Shown: piece by piece, positions 21,989 to 35,286 of the stretch
Numbering within the stretch: position 1 is the stretch's first letter
How the letters are laid out: every line of letters begins with the position of its first letter
Assembly: GCA_949358305.1 (NCBI GenBank)
Contig: OX442314.1
Span: forward strand, 13,516,001-13,580,000
Origin: Strigamia acuminata
Taxonomy: Eukaryota
Length of the DNA stretch: 64,000 nt
Direction: 5' to 3'
Program-made: the position numbers and the translations under genes
The notes under the pieces: model-generated
Database searches by the model: none
Told to the model about the DNA's origin: nothing
What the model saw: only the letters and a program-made list of their open reading frames with translations

Positions 21989-24900
21989 ATGCCTCCGACG
22001 AAGGAAGATCAGGAGCCTCGTATGAATGATGAAGAAAACCCTCGACCGCAAGTTGAAAACAGGCAAATGGAGCGCGGACCAAGAGGGGGGCGTCGTGTAA
22101 ACAAAAATCGACAGAATTTCTCCGGCAACAGAGGTGGTCCGATGGGGATGAACAGCAACCAGAACAACAGGGGCGGCGGAGGATATGAAAAATACCAAAT
22201 TCCCGGTCCAACGACAAACCTTCCTATAAATACTGACCAGAAAAAATATCAAGGTCGATGCCGCTTATTTGTGGGTAATTTGACGCTCGACACGACAGAA
22301 GAGGAATTTCGAACCTTGTTTACCAAATTCGGCGAAGTCAGTGAGCTTTTTCTGAATCGTCAAAAAGGCTTTGGGTTTGTTAAAATGGTAAATGTTAATA
22401 ATTTTTTTTTTGGTTGAATGTAGTGTTTTTTTTTTTTATTTATAATCTTTTAATTTTTAGGATAATAAACAGAACGCCGAAGATGCAAAATCGGCAATGG
22501 ATGGTCAAGTGCGAAAAGGTCGTGTTATACGAGTTCGATTTGCAACTTACGGAGCTGGTCTCAAACTACTGAATTTGTCTCCATACGTGTCGAACGAATT
22601 GTTAGAGACATCGTTTTCTCTTTTCGGTGAAATCGAACGTGCTGTGCATATTGTCGACGAACGTGGTCGGCCAACTGGTAAAGGAATAGTTGAATTTTCT
22701 CGTAAACCAGGGGCGCAAATCGCCTTAAAGCGATGTAACGATGGATGCTTTTTATTATGCAGGTGAATAATGGCATAAGAATGCGTTACTTTCACGTAAC
22801 GAAGTGAAAATGGGGATACAAACAAATGATTATGTCTTTAAATCTTAACCAATTGTTGTTACTTAGTTCGCCTCGTCCGGTTATTGTCGAGCCCCTCGAG
22901 CAGAAAGATGAGGAAGATGGCCTGCTCGAGAAAAATGTACCAAGAAACAGCCAGTATTTGACTGAAAGGGAAGTCGGCCCACGCTTCTCTCCACCAGGCT
23001 CATTTGAATATGAATTTTCCAATCGTTGGAAGCAATTGTATCAATTGGAGAAGCAAAAGCGTGAAGCGTTGGAGGAAGAAATTAAATTGGATTACGATCG
23101 TCTTGAGGAACAAATGGAATTTGCAATTTTTGAAGCAGAAACTGCTGAATTGCGTGAAAGTGAGGTTTATAAATGTTGCTTTACTTGACAAATTTTTATA
23201 AAACGGAGTTATTTCAGAACTGCGTCGGCGTGAAATGGATGCGAGCATTTTATTACGCGAACGTGAAATGAGACGCCGTGAACAGGAACATCGTGAACAA
23301 AAAATGCGAAGACATGACGACATGATGCGACACGGTGGTCACGCCAATCCCGAAGAGGGAATGGGAGGCCGTGGTGGAGGTGAAGACAAGCGCAGACGTC
23401 CCGAGGATAATTTATTCTTGCAGGTACTTGATACAGTTGTTAATTTTGTAAATTTAGAAGATTTTGATAAATAGACGGTGAAAACTTTATTTTAATTTTT
23501 TAACCTTGTAGGCAACTCACCTAAATGATCTGCTAGCTCAAGTAAGTTTGATCCTGGTATTTTTATCATTAAAAAAATAGATTAAGTTACAGGTACCGTG
23601 AATTGGTTTATTACAAGTTTTATTGAAGTGGCCATTTTGTTAATACTGCAGTTAAGGATAATTAGCAATTTACGGCCGAAAAATTTTTTCTCATGTTATC
23701 TTATTGTAATTTGATATTTAAAATAAGTTAGCGACTGGAAACAGTTTTTGAAAACGTTGGTAACAGGATAGCCTCATTATTATCGAATTCATGATTCTAC
23801 ATTATCGGTTTGTTAATTTTCTATGATTTTTTTGTTTTTGATACAGCAAGAAGCAGCTATACGCCAAATTCGCGTGCCGGCCTCTGGAAATAATGGCGGC
23901 GGCAGTGGAGGCTCCATTAACAATATTGAAGAAGGTAATTTGCTTTTGTCTATTTGTAATTATTGATATTAAAGTTACATGAATTTGTTTAGAATTTGAA
24001 GATCAGGGTCGTAGTGGGCCAGTGGAAAATGCATCATCGGTATGTAGTTTAATGAACAGGTTTTTTAAAGCTTAATTTTGTATTTATTTATTGTTGCGAC
24101 ACGAGGGGTGGGGACCAAATTTGTGCATCTCAAATATGCGCACCATTTAATCAATCGCCCTAAATTCACGCATCTTGAATCTGAAACGTCCTGGATCTGC
24201 GCATCTTAAATCTGCGCAGACTTAAATACTTATAATCTCAAATCATTTATTTATTTATTTATTCTGGTCATTTAATAATATTTTTGTGGTCTCAAAAATC
24301 CGCAAAGATTAGTTATTTATTTTTTTTGAACACGGGAAATGTTTGTAAAACGTGGCAAACGATGGCCGTAACGTATCGAGGACGTTACGGGTCAGCTTGA
24401 GACTCAACACGCAGATTTAGGATTGCGCTGATTTGGAGGTTCGATACATTTTAAACATATTTTTATTTGTTTTTATTATTACTTTTTTTATTGCATTTAT
24501 TCATTTAATTGGGGGCGTTGATTTAGGGTCGTGCGGATTGTGGAATATTTTAAATGGTGCGCATATTTGAGATGGGCAAATTTGGTCCTGGCCGGACACG
24601 AGTTGTGCGCAACTTTTTTTTTTTTATTTGATTTTTGTCGAAATGTTCGTTTTGTTTAGTGATTTTTAAGTTTTGATTTGTACTTTTAAAACGTCTTAGA
24701 ATTTTACTGGCACTTGCTAAAGATGATTTCTAATCTAAAGTCAATCAGGAATGGTGGAATTTATATGTGGACCGTTGAATTACTGATATAGGATGTTTCG
24801 AAAAAAAATTAAATTTTTAATGAAAACAAACTGAGCAAATCTATTATTCAATAGCTGCATTCGACAAGTGATTTTGCTGCCTCTAAAGGCATTTCCTATA

Positions 24901-27900
24901 CTTTTTCCACACTCAAAAGGCCCCCCTCGAAGCTTGGCTCCCATTGGCCAAGCCATTTCACTTGTCTACTGATACAAAAAGAAGACCCAAAACACCACAA
25001 ATGCATTATACAGACATGGTAGTTATAAATAGAAGTACAGACATTGCAATCGATTTCCTATTGTTTGGAAATTGTTTGCTCTCCAGACATAGCAAGGAAT
25101 AAAACTAAAATAAATGCATTTTATTTAAAAACAACATACAATTTTATTTCCAAAATAATAAAACATATTTCATTACACAATAACATTAAATGTACATCAT
25201 TTCAACCACTATTATTCAGGAAAAGACTAAAAAACAAAAGGAACTACTTTTTCTCATAGCAGTAGTTCAACTGCAGTTCTGAGTGATCAGACTAGGCCAA
25301 TGGGAGCCAAGCTTCGAGGGGGACCTTTTGAGTGCAGAAAGAGTATAGCTGGCAATTAAATTTTACTCTGCTCCCACATGGTTCAAAAATACATTAGGTG
25401 CGTTTAAAGTTTTGGTTTTTATGGTTTTTACCGTTTCTATAAATGGAATGGCATCAAAAGCAGCCAAAAAGCATCACCAAAAACCAAAACCACGTCTGGA
25501 GTGGTTTATGAATTGATTTTTGCCGGGTTTTGGTTTTTCCAACCAAACTCAAAATGGCCACCTCGAAAGTTAGACCGATGGATCAGACTTTCAAGTGTCA
25601 AACACTTTCAGGCAAAGCATCCACCTCCTAAAATGTGAGTAAATGCTAAATTATGTTTAAATAAGGAGCGCCACAACCACAATTCGTTGGCTAAATGTAA
25701 GAAAACGAATGTTTGTGTCATGTACTCGCACCATCGCGACGCAAAAACGATACAACCAACAACTAATGGGCCTAAAAACGAACGAATCCACCACTATTCG
25801 TCGCGCGGCTAATCATCGTGTACAGCTAATCGCGAGGACAGATAATTGTGTACAAAGTAATCGCGTGACCAACTCATCGGGGTGACAATTTGGCGGTAGT
25901 CGAGTATTCGCGCCATCCATCGAGTAATCCATCTCATTTCAAAATTATAAATAATTTTGTATTTTTAGGATGTTTTAGGCCACGTGATTACTTTGCACAC
26001 GATTACCTGTCCGCGCGGTTATCTGCGATTAGCTGTACACGATGAGTGGTTGCGCGATGATTAGTTGCCGTACCAAACGAACACATTCATGACTAGGCAC
26101 GTTTTTGCGTAATATTTTGGTCGTTTTTATAAACAGCTTAAACGGTATAAACCGAAACTTTCAACACACCTATTGAAATTATATTGCAAAATGTAATGCA
26201 GTGCATTTTGTAATACATTTTGTAAAATGCATTATGAAATGCGATCCTAATACTATTATTTGTCAAATATTCAATTGCATTATGACATGCATTATTTCTT
26301 GTACAAATAATGCACTTAATTCTGCGAAAGCAATATATTGTAAAGTATATTTTTGAACAACATGGGTTAAACGGTAAAACTAACAAAATTTAAAGTGTTT
26401 GGCTTGGTGTTATTTATTTGTGTAATATTTTGCTTATGTGATGAAATCATCGCTTAAACGTTTAGGCTTAAAGTTGTAATTACCATTTTAACGCTTTTCG
26501 GATGCAGTTACTATTTGATTTCTGGTTGTCTTGGGATTGGAAGGTAAAATTCTGCTATCGATACAGGCGTGATAGATATTGAAATCAAAACGGGGTTGTG
26601 ATGATCTGGGACATATTTTGTGCAAATAAGCGTTTTAACATTTATTCGGTTTTTATCTAAGTTGTGTGCTATCTTTTGAGTCTGCTGTACATGTAGACAC
26701 GTTCTAATTTATCTTAGCTGCAGTATGTAAAAAAATTACGCTGTGAATTTTGTGCGGTGTTGGTTAACACAACTTCTTGCTCAGCTTCGTAGGCGGTGAT
26801 CGAATCTGTTTTATCTGTTTGGGGAAGATTATCTTGCAGAAGGAATTCGCTGAGGGAAATTATGACGAATTGTTTTGTAGTTTTCGTTGGTGCTGCATCT
26901 TGTGATGTTGTCAGGCGGGTATTTGTTATATGGAACAGATTTAGCGTGAGTGAACAACGGTGACATTTAAATACTGAACGATGTCACACAATCATCTCAA
27001 CCCATGCTGTGCAGGTGTTTGAGTGACATCATGTAAATGTCAATTTGTCACAACCTATCAGTGAGGTTTTGCACTACCTGGTGGATACAACCAAAAATGC
27101 TCATTCTGCAGGTGGGCTTCAAGCTGGACTAGGACGTTTTTTTATGTCCAAGGCTGTACTTCGTAATTTTTTGCATTCTTTAGGGCAGGGGTGTCCAACC
27201 GCGGCCTGCGACCCAGGATGATTACGAATGCGGTCCAATACACGTACTTAAAACATTAAGAGATTTTTTTGGATTCTAGTGTTTGTTTTCTATGGACAGC
27301 AAACAACATTAATTTTTTTTTTATGAAATTGAGAAAACTTTTTTTTACATGAAACCTTATCAGGGGTTGACAAAACTAAAATTAATTCAGGCGCCAGCCC
27401 CTATTTTTCAGGAGCCAGCATATGTATTTTGCAAATATGAGTCAAGAAATTCAGGCGCCAATTAAAAATTTCTAGGCGCTCGAGATTTGTCGATCTCTGA
27501 ACCTTACTTTAGGAATTGATAAGATAAAATTGTTCTTCTTGATGTTCGTGTATTTTATGTGTGGCCCAAGACAATTCCTTCTCTTTCAATGTGGCCTGGG
27601 GAAGCCAAGAAGTTGGACACACCTGCTTTGGGGTATTTGCTGGAATTTTGTAAAGGAGTGAAACATTTGCAGAACATTTTTAGTTCGTCTCTGTTGTGAC
27701 TGAAAATGCTCGGATGTAATTTTTCGTGAAGCGAGGTTTTGAGTTCCATTAAATTTTCATAACAATATCATTTTTTCTACAAATGTTATTGGTTTACAGT
27801 GCTTTTTAATTTAACAATTTGTGAAATTCCTTTGTTTATCCACTACTTTCGAATTTGAATCTCAATTGTTTGTCGTGCTCTTTTGACAGTACTTGGACAA

Positions 27901-28867
27901 ATTGTTGACGGGCGTTTTGTCGACAAGAAATGTTGTGAAGTTTGTGCAGCTTTTCTCGGGTTATGTAGAAACCGTCAATGGAAACGGAGTGGACGACGCG
28001 TACTGACATTCCTTTGGACAAATAACAAATTGGTTAAATTTCAACATAAAAATGAAATAGCCAAAGAAAGCATTTTCATCGATTTTAAGAAAACTCATTT
28101 TGGCTTGGGATCAAAATTGACTTGGGTTGGATGAGAAAGAGATTTCTTTAGGTTGGTACAATGAGGTACAGAGAATTTTCAAATGTACGGCACTGTGATC
28201 TTTTGACTTGTGAACGTGTTTTTACGAAGTTTTACGAATTTATGCTGGGAGAAGAAAAAAAAGTAGATAAACGTTTCTTGAAATTTATCGTTTCGTTTCC
28301 TACTCACACTACGTATGGAGCGATTGCAATTTATAATTTCATTCTAAACGATCGTATATGTTGGGTTGTGATGTTGATTTTTTTTATGCGAGCGAAACAT
28401 ATAGCACACAACTTAGTTGAAATTAAATATTTAAAAACAAAATAAAACCAAAAAAAATTGTATTTTAATTTTCCCATCTTCACTTATTTCCTCAAACTGT
28501 ATGTCCTGTCTTTTGGAGTGAGGGATGTGGGTATAAATAAAATAAATAAATAAGTAATTAAGTTGGTTGACACTAAATATATATTTTTCTTATTTAGTAT
28601 TGATATTTATTATGTTTAATTTATAATTTGTTTTGTTAAATTTTGGCAATATTGGTCCGTCTTTTTTCTTAGCGCCAGTCCCGTCACGACCAAATGCCAC
28701 AAGGTGGCCCAGTGAACCGTATGGGGGGACCAGGGCCGATGGGGCCCATGAACGAAATGCGAGGTGGTGGGGGCGGTGGAGGAATGGGCCGTAGGGAATT
28801 GATAGAGCAACGCCGTGAGCACAGAGATGACGACTATCTTGGCGAGATGAAGCGCAGGAGATTTTAA
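21989..28867 (+). CDS. DBHS-family RNA-binding protein (NonA/Hrp65/NONO/SFPQ-like)
   Basis: RRM1 (RCRLFVGNL...KGFGFVK), RRM2 ([37 protein letters not shown]), NOPS (PRPVIVEP...[12 protein letters not shown]), coiled coil. Last exon 28673-28867, missed by the ORF track, is in phase and ends [11 protein letters not shown], the family's C-terminal NLS. Confidence 0.93.
24106..24594. mobile_element. MITE with 8-bp target-site duplication (MULE-like)
   Basis: TIRs ...GGACCAAATTTGTGCATCTCAAATATGCGCACCATTTAA / TTAAATGGTGCGCATATTTGAGATGGGCAAATTTGGTCC...; GACACGAG on both flanks (24098-24105, 24595-24602); internal ATCTGCGCA-type subrepeats. Confidence 0.85.
24897..25347. mobile_element. MITE with ~50-bp TIRs, TATA at both ends
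   Basis: TATACTTTTTCCACACTCAAAAGGCCCCCCTCGAAGCTTGGCTCCCATTGGCC pairs with GGCCAATGGGAGCCAAGCTTCGAGGGGGACCTTTTGAGTGCAGAAAGAGTATA. Confidence 0.85.
25784..26074. mobile_element. MITE with 8-bp TSD and subrepeated TIRs (MULE-like)
   Basis: TCATCGTGTACAGCTAATCGC / GCGATTAGCTGTACACGATGA inverted match; AAACGAAC duplicated at 25776-25783 and 26075-26082. Confidence 0.8.
27186..27625. mobile_element. hAT-Charlie-type MITE (MER30-like)
   Basis: TIRs CAGGGGTGTCCAAC / GTTGGACACACCTG; 8-bp TSD CTTTAGGG / CTTTGGGG (1 mismatch). Confidence 0.85.
27361..27499. mobile_element. Nested hAT MITE
   Basis: TIRs CAGGGGTTGACAAA / TTTGTCGATCTCTG; 8-bp TSD AACCTTAT / AACCTTAC. Confidence 0.75.
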
Positions 28868-29213
28868 ATATTCGTTCTAAAGTCTCCTTTTCCTCTTGGG
28901 TCGTGTGTGTTGACACAAAATCAATCAGCAATCGAAATTGTGACTCATTCAACATGAAAGGCTATCATCTTCATTTTTATTTAATATATTTACCGGTACT
29001 GGCAACTTTTGGGAGCTGGGATTCTTGTATTTCATTTTTTGTTTTATAAATGCAAAATATATATATATAGATATATATATATATATTTACGACTTCTGTG
29101 TTTCAGAAAACTTGTGGCAAACAACCTTTGGTTGGGGTTATCACAAGCTCAAGGAAACTTAACTGATCATGTGATCTTTCTCAAGCAATAAGGAGAGGTC
29201 AATTTCAAACATA

Positions 29214-29432
29214 CAGTAGAGCATCGATTATTATTAACTAATTGGGAGACGTAGGTGTTCGTAAAACCGATTTGTTAAAAAGTCATTAAAAAGTCATTAA
29301 AATATAGTTAAAAAGCATTAAAAACCGACCAAAAATGGATAAAAGTTGTTAAGAAACATTAAAAAACGATTAAAAATATGTGAAAATCGATAAAAATCGT
29401 TTACGGCTGTTCGGATAATCGATGCTCTACTG
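29214..29432. mobile_element. pogo/Tigger-type MITE
   Basis: TA|CAGTAGAGCATCGATTAT ... ATAATCGATGCTCTACTG|TA; internal AAAAGTCATT-like tandem units. Confidence 0.85.
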
Positions 29433-30827
29433 TACTGATTAAAATATTTCTAAAGTAAATTATTAACTACTTATAAATACAAATAAACATAAAATATACA
29501 ATACATCTAAGGCTAGATGTATTTGGCCTGAACAGATGTGGAAACTGGAAAGTGGAAACAGAAACTGAGACCGAAGCTCGGTGCAATACTGGACTAACCG
29601 GTTTGGGTTTTTCCAAAAATAATCACTATTCGTCACTACTTAGCGTTCTTTTACGGCGGAAAGGTGCATTTTCAAACTATTTTTCAATTGTACATTTGTA
29701 ATTGTAATCATTACATAATGGCTATGAAAAGGTTAATAGCCAATGGGAGTTTGTCGTAAGTTTTCTGAAAAGGAGTGTATGTACTTTTTGTTTCATTTAG
29801 AATTTTTGAAAAACTAATTTTTTAATAACCGGTGGGATTCTGTTTCATTAAAAGTGAGCTAAATCTCAGTATAACATTCTTATGGCATTGAGTCTAGTAG
29901 TAATTTCTGCATGTTTAATTTTTATTGTTATTCATCGTATCGTAATATATCTTTGTGAAGTTATATCACTTTTACTTACCAGTGGATAAGTATTTGCATG
30001 TATTTTGTAACTCAATTCACTGCTCTTTGCATTAAATAAATGTGTACTGACTAAATCATGGTTTAATTGTACATCTGTTATAATTCAGTTCTAATTGTTT
30101 TTTTACCTGTGGCTTAAAACTGATCGTGAAAACTCGGGTGTTGGGTGAGATGCAGTTTGCTACCTCTTATCATCCAACCAATGTGAACAGAAGCAGCAAG
30201 GGAGTTACCGTAGTTTATTTTTATTTTTATTTTTTTTTGCAAGGATAAAAAAGAGAAAAATAATTTATTGTGAAGATGCGTTTAAGTTTATCTATTACGA
30301 AATAACAATGCAAAGTAAACCGATTTTATTTCTACAAAGAATGATTTCATTAATCAATATACTGAGAATTTACTTTAATTGCCACCTAACAATTTAATTG
30401 TCTAATTTTGATGGTTTGAAGTACGAGGTGACATTTGGTGAGTTCCAATCCAATCACGGTCAGCAGTGGGTTGTTTTTCTTCAATTTATGAATTCTGATG
30501 GGCTAAATTAATTACATGCGAGTTGATTAAAGGGTTATTCTGGCATGGTCGTATGGATTAGGCGACAGAATCCTAAGAATTTATTGAAGTAAGTGTATGG
30601 AGTGTAAGATTCAATACATAATTTGTTACTAAGGTTATTTGTTTTGTGGATATTTGTTTGCAGCCGTATACTAGTAGAGCAGTTGCAGTTGATTTGCCAA
30701 TTTTGACTTTGGTTTTCTGAGGCCTTAAACCAAAATTCACCACTCATATGTGTGTGTTTGCAATTGCCAAATGATTTCAAACATTTGAAATGAATTATGT
30801 ATCAAGATACAAGGGTATGGTATATTC

Positions 30828-31085
30828 CAGGGATGTCCAACCCGTGGCCCAGGGTGGCGACCCAACACACTTATTAAAAACACTTCAGATATTTTTTTTA
30901 GCTTCTACAGCAAACGGCATTAAAATTAGGATTATTATTATCTATGCGAGGACATTTTTGCTATCTGTGGTGGTGTACATCACGAAAATTGTGCTTATAG
31001 CTATTGTTAGTGTTAGTGTATTTTATGTGTGGCCCAACACTAATTCACCTTCTTTCAATATTGACCCGGGGAAACTCGGATAGGA
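30828..31085. mobile_element. Second, more decayed MER30-like hAT MITE
   Basis: Begins CAGGGATGTCCAACCCGTGGCCC and shares GTGTATTTTATGTGTGGCCCAA with the copy at 27186-27625. Right end eroded. Confidence 0.7.
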
Positions 31086-31497
31086 TCTTTGTGTTATCGA
31101 ATTCATGTGGAATTTATAATGTTAAACTTCGATTAAATTTTGTTTAATATATCGTGTTACCTCGTCATCAGTTGCGGGCATTGGACATATCGTCTACGTG
31201 TCATTTGGTCTACCCGCTCTTTTCGCATCCTTCTCTGCCGAACAAATCGGTCATTTCGTCTATGGTCTGTCCAGTCCAGCGTAGGCTGCTTGCTCTTAGC
31301 AAAAACCATACTGCCAATTAAAAAAAATTTATTCACTGGTAAGTTATTTTCACGCAAAAGTTGCATGGCTTTTTGTGGTGGGAGCTCTCTACTTTCAACT
31401 CATATTTCCCGATTTGCCTCTTTCAAGAAAGTGCAACATCCCTTGCATTTGTGCCATCGGTTTCATCCCCTACCCAACGCGAAGAAAAACGTAGTTC

Positions 31498-31708
31498 TAT
31501 ACTCTGGCCATGTGTAAGTTTGGTTTAAATCCGAGCCTCATAACTCACTCTGTGCTGCCACCAGGAAAAATAGTTCAGAGTTTATTGCTTGCTTCTTACT
31601 ATTTTCAGTAGATCGGTTGCAATCCTGGTGTTTGGATCTATTTTCTTGTATCACTACACCAAAGAAAAGGCTCGGATTTAGGCCAAACTTACACATGGCC
31701 AGAGTATA
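31498..31708. mobile_element. MITE with ~40-bp TIRs, TATA at both ends
   Basis: TATACTCTGGCCATGTGTAAGTTTGGTTTAAATCCGAGCCT / AGGCTCGGATTTAGGCCAAACTTACACATGGCCAGAGTATA. Confidence 0.85.
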
Positions 31709-34700
31709 CTTCAGAAATTGAATGCAAGTTGAAGATAAAAATAAGTATCGTAGAATGGTGATTACTTTGGATAGCGGGCATCTTTGGACACGTGCGACGC
31801 ACGGCAAAATGTTCGCGAGAGCGCAAGTACAGCAATATCTTGCGTTATTGTAGTGCACTAGCAAACATTTTATGGTACGTGTTTTTGTGGAAGGGTATTA
31901 TTTACTACTCATCGTGTTTATAGTGAACTCAAATTCCGCCCTTATATTCTATTTTTGTAGTTCTGCTTATGAATTTTAAATTATGTTGTATTTAGGATCA
32001 TCTGCTTGTATTCTACTTTGCATTGTTATGAGTAAATGATACAAATTATTGATGAAATTTGTTTTTAATGAATTGTATATTTATTTCTTGCTGGAGTGTG
32101 TTTTTGAAAGCGAAGAAGAAAATCGTTATCTCAGAAGATTCTTGCAATTGAATTCTCGGAATCTACATGTTGTTAAACTTGAGATTTTAAAATAACACGC
32201 CACATCACGAGTTTGAAACACAACCAAACCAAGATTTACATGCACGACTACAATGAAGATCCAGATAAAACTGGTTGAACCAACCGTCAATTTTAATGCA
32301 AATATTTTTCTCTACGAGTGCTAAAGTTATGTACCTGGCTTCGTTGCTTAAGTTCCCGGGATTACTGCAAAATGACGAGCAAATAATGTTTTCGAAAAAC
32401 ATTTTTGTTTCTGTCATTTTCGACTACTCAGTTTCTACGTTTCGACATTTCTCTGCGGTTGTAAGAACGGTTTCTAAGTCTTTTGCAACAGTTAATTGAA
32501 GAAACAATTGGTTGTGCTATTGTTGGCTTATTGTGTATTTATTTATATTTTTTGACCGAAGTACAGGAACATCCAGTTAAGCTGTTGCAAGATTGGAGAT
32601 GTCCACAAGGAACATGCGGTAACGAGTCAAGAAGAAGCATCACTTTCTGAGTCTACTATAAGTCGTTAAAAAATTAAACAATGAAAATAACAGGCATTAA
32701 CTCAACTCGGTTGCCTGAATAATAGTTTCATGCGTTCTCAACTTTACGGACATTAGATCTTGTAATTTTGATTGCAGGGAAACTAGAGATATCAAGTGGT
32801 ATTTTTATTTAATGTTCGGTACTTTTTATAGTATGAAATAAAATGTCGACCTCGGTTTGTTTACTTGGGTTTGATTTTAAGATTTCGTCCGAGCAATTCG
32901 AAATCACAATCACACCTCGTTTGAATGATATTAATTATAAAATACAAAATGTTTCTTTTTAGTGGTTAATCCGAAGCATTAATAAATTGAAAGAGGTAAA
33001 AACGAGTTTTAAAAAAATATTTTGGTGGTTTCAATTATTTATTTGATTTACCTGAACAAAAGATTTGCAGAACAGCGAGGCATTGTTTTTCGCTTTGCAG
33101 TGAGTACAGTTCCTTGATTTAAAACAAGTTTTCGTGCGATTACTCCCACGAGGCGCATTTAATATAAACAGCATTTTAAACCACACATTTAAACTATTTA
33201 CATAGTTTTCATTCGTAGTGGGCATGCACACAGAACAAAATGTATTTAACTGCAAGTTAAATACGACTTTTATGAATGCGCCTTTTGTTTTCATTCATTA
33301 TAATTTTGCGGTTGTTGAGGCGAAATGTTACGTCTGACGTCCAATCTTCCTTTCTGTTCGAGTATGAGAAATGCTTTTTAGATATTTGATTTGAAAATAG
33401 TAGTGGGAATTGTAAAACTTCGTGAATTAGATTTGCATGAAGTAATCGAGCAGCAATCGTCTTTGTAAAAATTGTAATTTTATCTAGACGGCATTAGCAA
33501 TTACATAGGCAATAAAAAAAACTCGCTCTTTTGTTTATCTTGACTAGCTTCTTGTTTTAAAACTTGAATTTCAAGTGACAAAACTTAAGTTACGTTTCTA
33601 AATTTTAAGTGGTACTAATTTTAAACAATATTAATGTAGAAAAAGATTAAAAACTATCGTTTACGTATGTGCGTAGGTCTGAAGAGGTATGGCGAACTCG
33701 GATTCATCTGATTGTTGTTAAATTCGATCTTGGCCTGCTGCATGGCTGGATTTTTCCGTTTTTAAGAAAACGAAAGACTCAAAGAAGAATGAGACCAATG
33801 GTGCTGATTAAATAAGTTTAACTTTTACATCCTTTTTGTGAACATTTGCTTAATTTTGTTTCTTGTTTACCAGTAGAACAAAGTTTATTTGTTCGTTCGT
33901 TTGTGCGTACGCACATTGAGCACAGGTTCCCGTTCCCATGATGAACACAACTGAACAGAATCCGTTTTTCGATTTCGCACAATTGATTGCAAAGAATATT
34001 GTTTGCTAACAACAATGGACATTGTGTATTCTTAATGTGTATTTCGATTTGGTGGTAATACTTGACCTTAATCGTTGAATTTTTAAAAATTGAGCACAAT
34101 TTGTGTAGTGGATATCTGTTATCTTGCATGCAAAGTTCTAGAGCAAGTGGCCATGTAAAGCAAACAGGATGTAATAACTTTATTACAAAAGTTATATCAA
34201 ACCTATCAGACCTAAACCTGGTGGGCATTTATGAAATTAGAAGAACATCAAAACTTGAGAACTGATGGTGCCATACAACTAACCCGACAAGTGCTGTCGC
34301 CTGACTTGTTCGTAGGATGTCTTAGGCTTGTGTGCTGTATGGGAATTAGGAACTCTGTTTAGTATTTTTTTTTAATGAATAAAATAATTTCAAATAACTG
34401 GTGTATAGTGAAGGTTTAATTTAATTTTTGTTTTATACAGTTTTTGTATGTAATATATATTTGTGCCAAGTTTTTTTTTTATGTCGATGGTATATTTTAC
34501 AATTTACTTAGCATGGTTGTTTGTTAATTTAACTTGAGTAACCAAGTCTCAAATACAGCTCATAAACGTAAGGATTTTGATTGAGGCCTTGAATGCAAAT
34601 GGTTTCCAATTCTAAATTGCAACCGAATTTTAAGACTAGACATTTGATTTTGTAAATTAAAATTACAGTAGCTGCATTCAAAAACTCTAAAAACGTATGC

Positions 34701-35286
34701 AAAACTCGTTTCGTGTCTGTACATGTGACGTCATTTCCATGTTACTCAATGGGCTCAGCTAGTGTTCTCAGTGTAGCCCGGCCATAGCACCGTTCGGACA
34801 GCTGTGTGATGCGGAAGGGTTTGTAGGGTCCTGGACCCAAACAATACCCAGGAAATTTGCTCCTCTGTCCAGACAGTTCCTTCTTTCGAACTGTGGACAA
34901 AGCGATTTGGAAAAATGGCTGAATAAATATATTTTGTTCAGCTACGCATGCGCATCCCCAATCCTATTAATGACCATGTTGTTTAAATATGTTTTAACGC
35001 CGTTAGAATGAAAATGATGCTTGGTTCCCATTAAATTGGTTCTTTTCATTCAACTTTATCTAGTTTTATCTAGTTAGTTTATCTAGCAATTTGGTTTGCG
35101 AATTTGATTAAATCGATAGTACGGGAAATCAATTTCAACTCGGTCGAACAAAGACCAAAGTGCATCGAAAGCGTGCAATTCAAATGGGCGCGTCCTAAAT
35201 ACTTAAAAATTGAATAAATAAATAAAATAAATAATAATAACAAATAATTAAATAAATATTTAAAAAAAAAAACAATTTCAAATGCA

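Noticed and set aside
31870..33690. Scattered microexon-like AG...GT segments on the + strand
   Set aside because: Could not be joined into an open frame.
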